A DNA stretch of 64,000 nt. Origin: Macrostomum lignano (Eukaryota). The position numbers and the translations under genes are program-made. Under the pieces are notes generated by a model. It saw nothing but the letters and a program-made list of their open reading frames with translations. It was not told where the DNA came from and made no database searches. The first letter of the stretch is position 1, and the number at the start of each line of letters is the position of its first letter. The stretch covers positions 8,500 to 72,499 of the forward strand of contig NIVC01003059.1 in NCBI GenBank assembly GCA_002269645.1, read 5' to 3'. This document shows, one piece after another, positions 62,890 through 64,000 of this stretch.

Positions 62890-63008
62890 GGCAACGGCCA
62901 TACCACGTTGAAAACACCGGTTCTCGTCTGATCACCGAAGTTAAGCAACGTTGGGTTTGGTTAGTACTTGGATGGGTGACCGCCTGGGAATACCAAATGC
63001 TGTTGTCT
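62890..63008 (+). rRNA. 5S rRNA: 5S rRNA copy 32
   Basis: As copy 12. Confidence 0.97.
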
Positions 63009-63583
63009 TTTTTGCCTCTTTAACTGCATGCCGCGCGCTCATCAACTAACTCCAGCTGCTGCATGCATTAATACTTAGGCCCAGGCCCACTAATCCGCCC
63101 GCGCCCGCCAACTGGATTGGATGCTGCTTGAATTTTTACCATACGGGCATACGGCATAGGTGTCTGCTGATTCCTTCCTTTCGAGTTCCACTCCACTCTA
63201 TAAGTCAAGGGATTCGATTCGCGTTTCATATTTTGTATGCGCACTTTGCATTTGCACGCGGTAACGCTAATGCACTTATGCACTGTGTATTAATAGTTTT
63301 ACGAGTATCTCCATTTCTCACATGGGAATTTTACTTGATTTATAGCCATCAATCAATCAACTAGGAGGCGCGTTTGTGTGCACACTTTCTAAACATGTCG
63401 GCTAAAAGAAAGAAAGAAACTTTTTCGCGCAGCTCTTTTCAAGCTCTAGTGCAAAATAATGCTGCACTAGTCGGCAAAACTTACTTGGAGTAGATAAAGT
63501 TCAACAAAATAATTTGCCCTAGGGCTCGAGGCTCAAACGGAGAGCTGTGCACTCAGTGAGAGCCGGTTCCAGCTCGTCTCTTT

Positions 63584-63694
63584 GCCGTATCGACGGTCTC
63601 TTACTGCGAAGACTCTTAATTTTGCATGGTAAGACACCGCGTGGATCCAATTGAGCGATCTACTCAATTTTTGACAAGCCGCGCTACCGCGGCT
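63584..63694 (+). ncRNA. SL RNA copy 32
   Basis: As copy 4. Confidence 0.9.
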
Positions 63695-64000
63695 GCCTAA
63701 CAAAGCTAAAGACAACATCAATTAATTATAGTTGGTTGATTGTAATTCTGGATTTAGCGTGTCCTACTAATTATTTTAAACTAAATATTCTATTTACCCG
63801 CAAGTTGTAAATTAGTTGTTGCACCATTATAGCATAGCAATGATATAGCGCGCATATGCATCGCGGTGTACGAGGCTATAATAGGCTATACTAGATCTCT
63901 TCGAGTTGCAATAATCAAATGTAATTTCTTAGATCGCTCTATGCGTGCGGATGTGCATATGTACATGTACAACTTTGTTGATGGCGCCAACAATGAATTA

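Larger units (their letters stand above)
28602..64000 (+). repeat. 1647-bp 5S/SL tandem array, block 3
   Basis: The array resumes at the TSD of the DNA transposon. The marker ORF recurs at exact 1647-bp steps from 29871 to 62811 (21 units). Confidence 0.98.

Noticed and set aside
1-64000. CRISPR array or prokaryotic system
   Set aside because: The repeats are whole 1647-bp units without unique spacers. The spliceosomal introns, 5S type and LTR element show a metazoan origin.

Overview
This is eukaryotic DNA, very probably from a free-living flatworm. The inference rests on a flatworm-type spliced leader ending in ATG, which closely resembles the Macrostomum leader as I recall it. Most of the window is a head-to-tail 1647-bp tandem array. 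Each unit carries a 5S rRNA gene, a spliced-leader (SL) RNA gene on the same strand, and a 283-bp MITE-like element with perfect 28-bp inverted ends (32 5S, 32 SL and 31 MITE copies). Two transposons interrupt the array, both in the spacer just downstream of a 5S gene. The first is a 5053-bp BEL/Pao LTR element (6968-12020; 5-bp TSD CCAGC; LTRs identical apart from one homopolymer base). Its single ORF is open but has lost RNase H and the integrase core through an in-frame deletion. The second is a 6569-bp hAT-like DNA transposon (22033-28601; 8-bp TSD CACTCCAC; 16-bp TIRs). It encodes an apparently intact 9-exon, 1140-aa DDE transposase with a DxxH motif. The 5S gene in front of this transposon is 3'-truncated and sits next to a possible excision footprint. 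The small ORFs that recur every 1647 bp are incidental. Limits: no database searches were possible, family assignments rest on recognised motifs, and I did not compare every repeat unit base by base.
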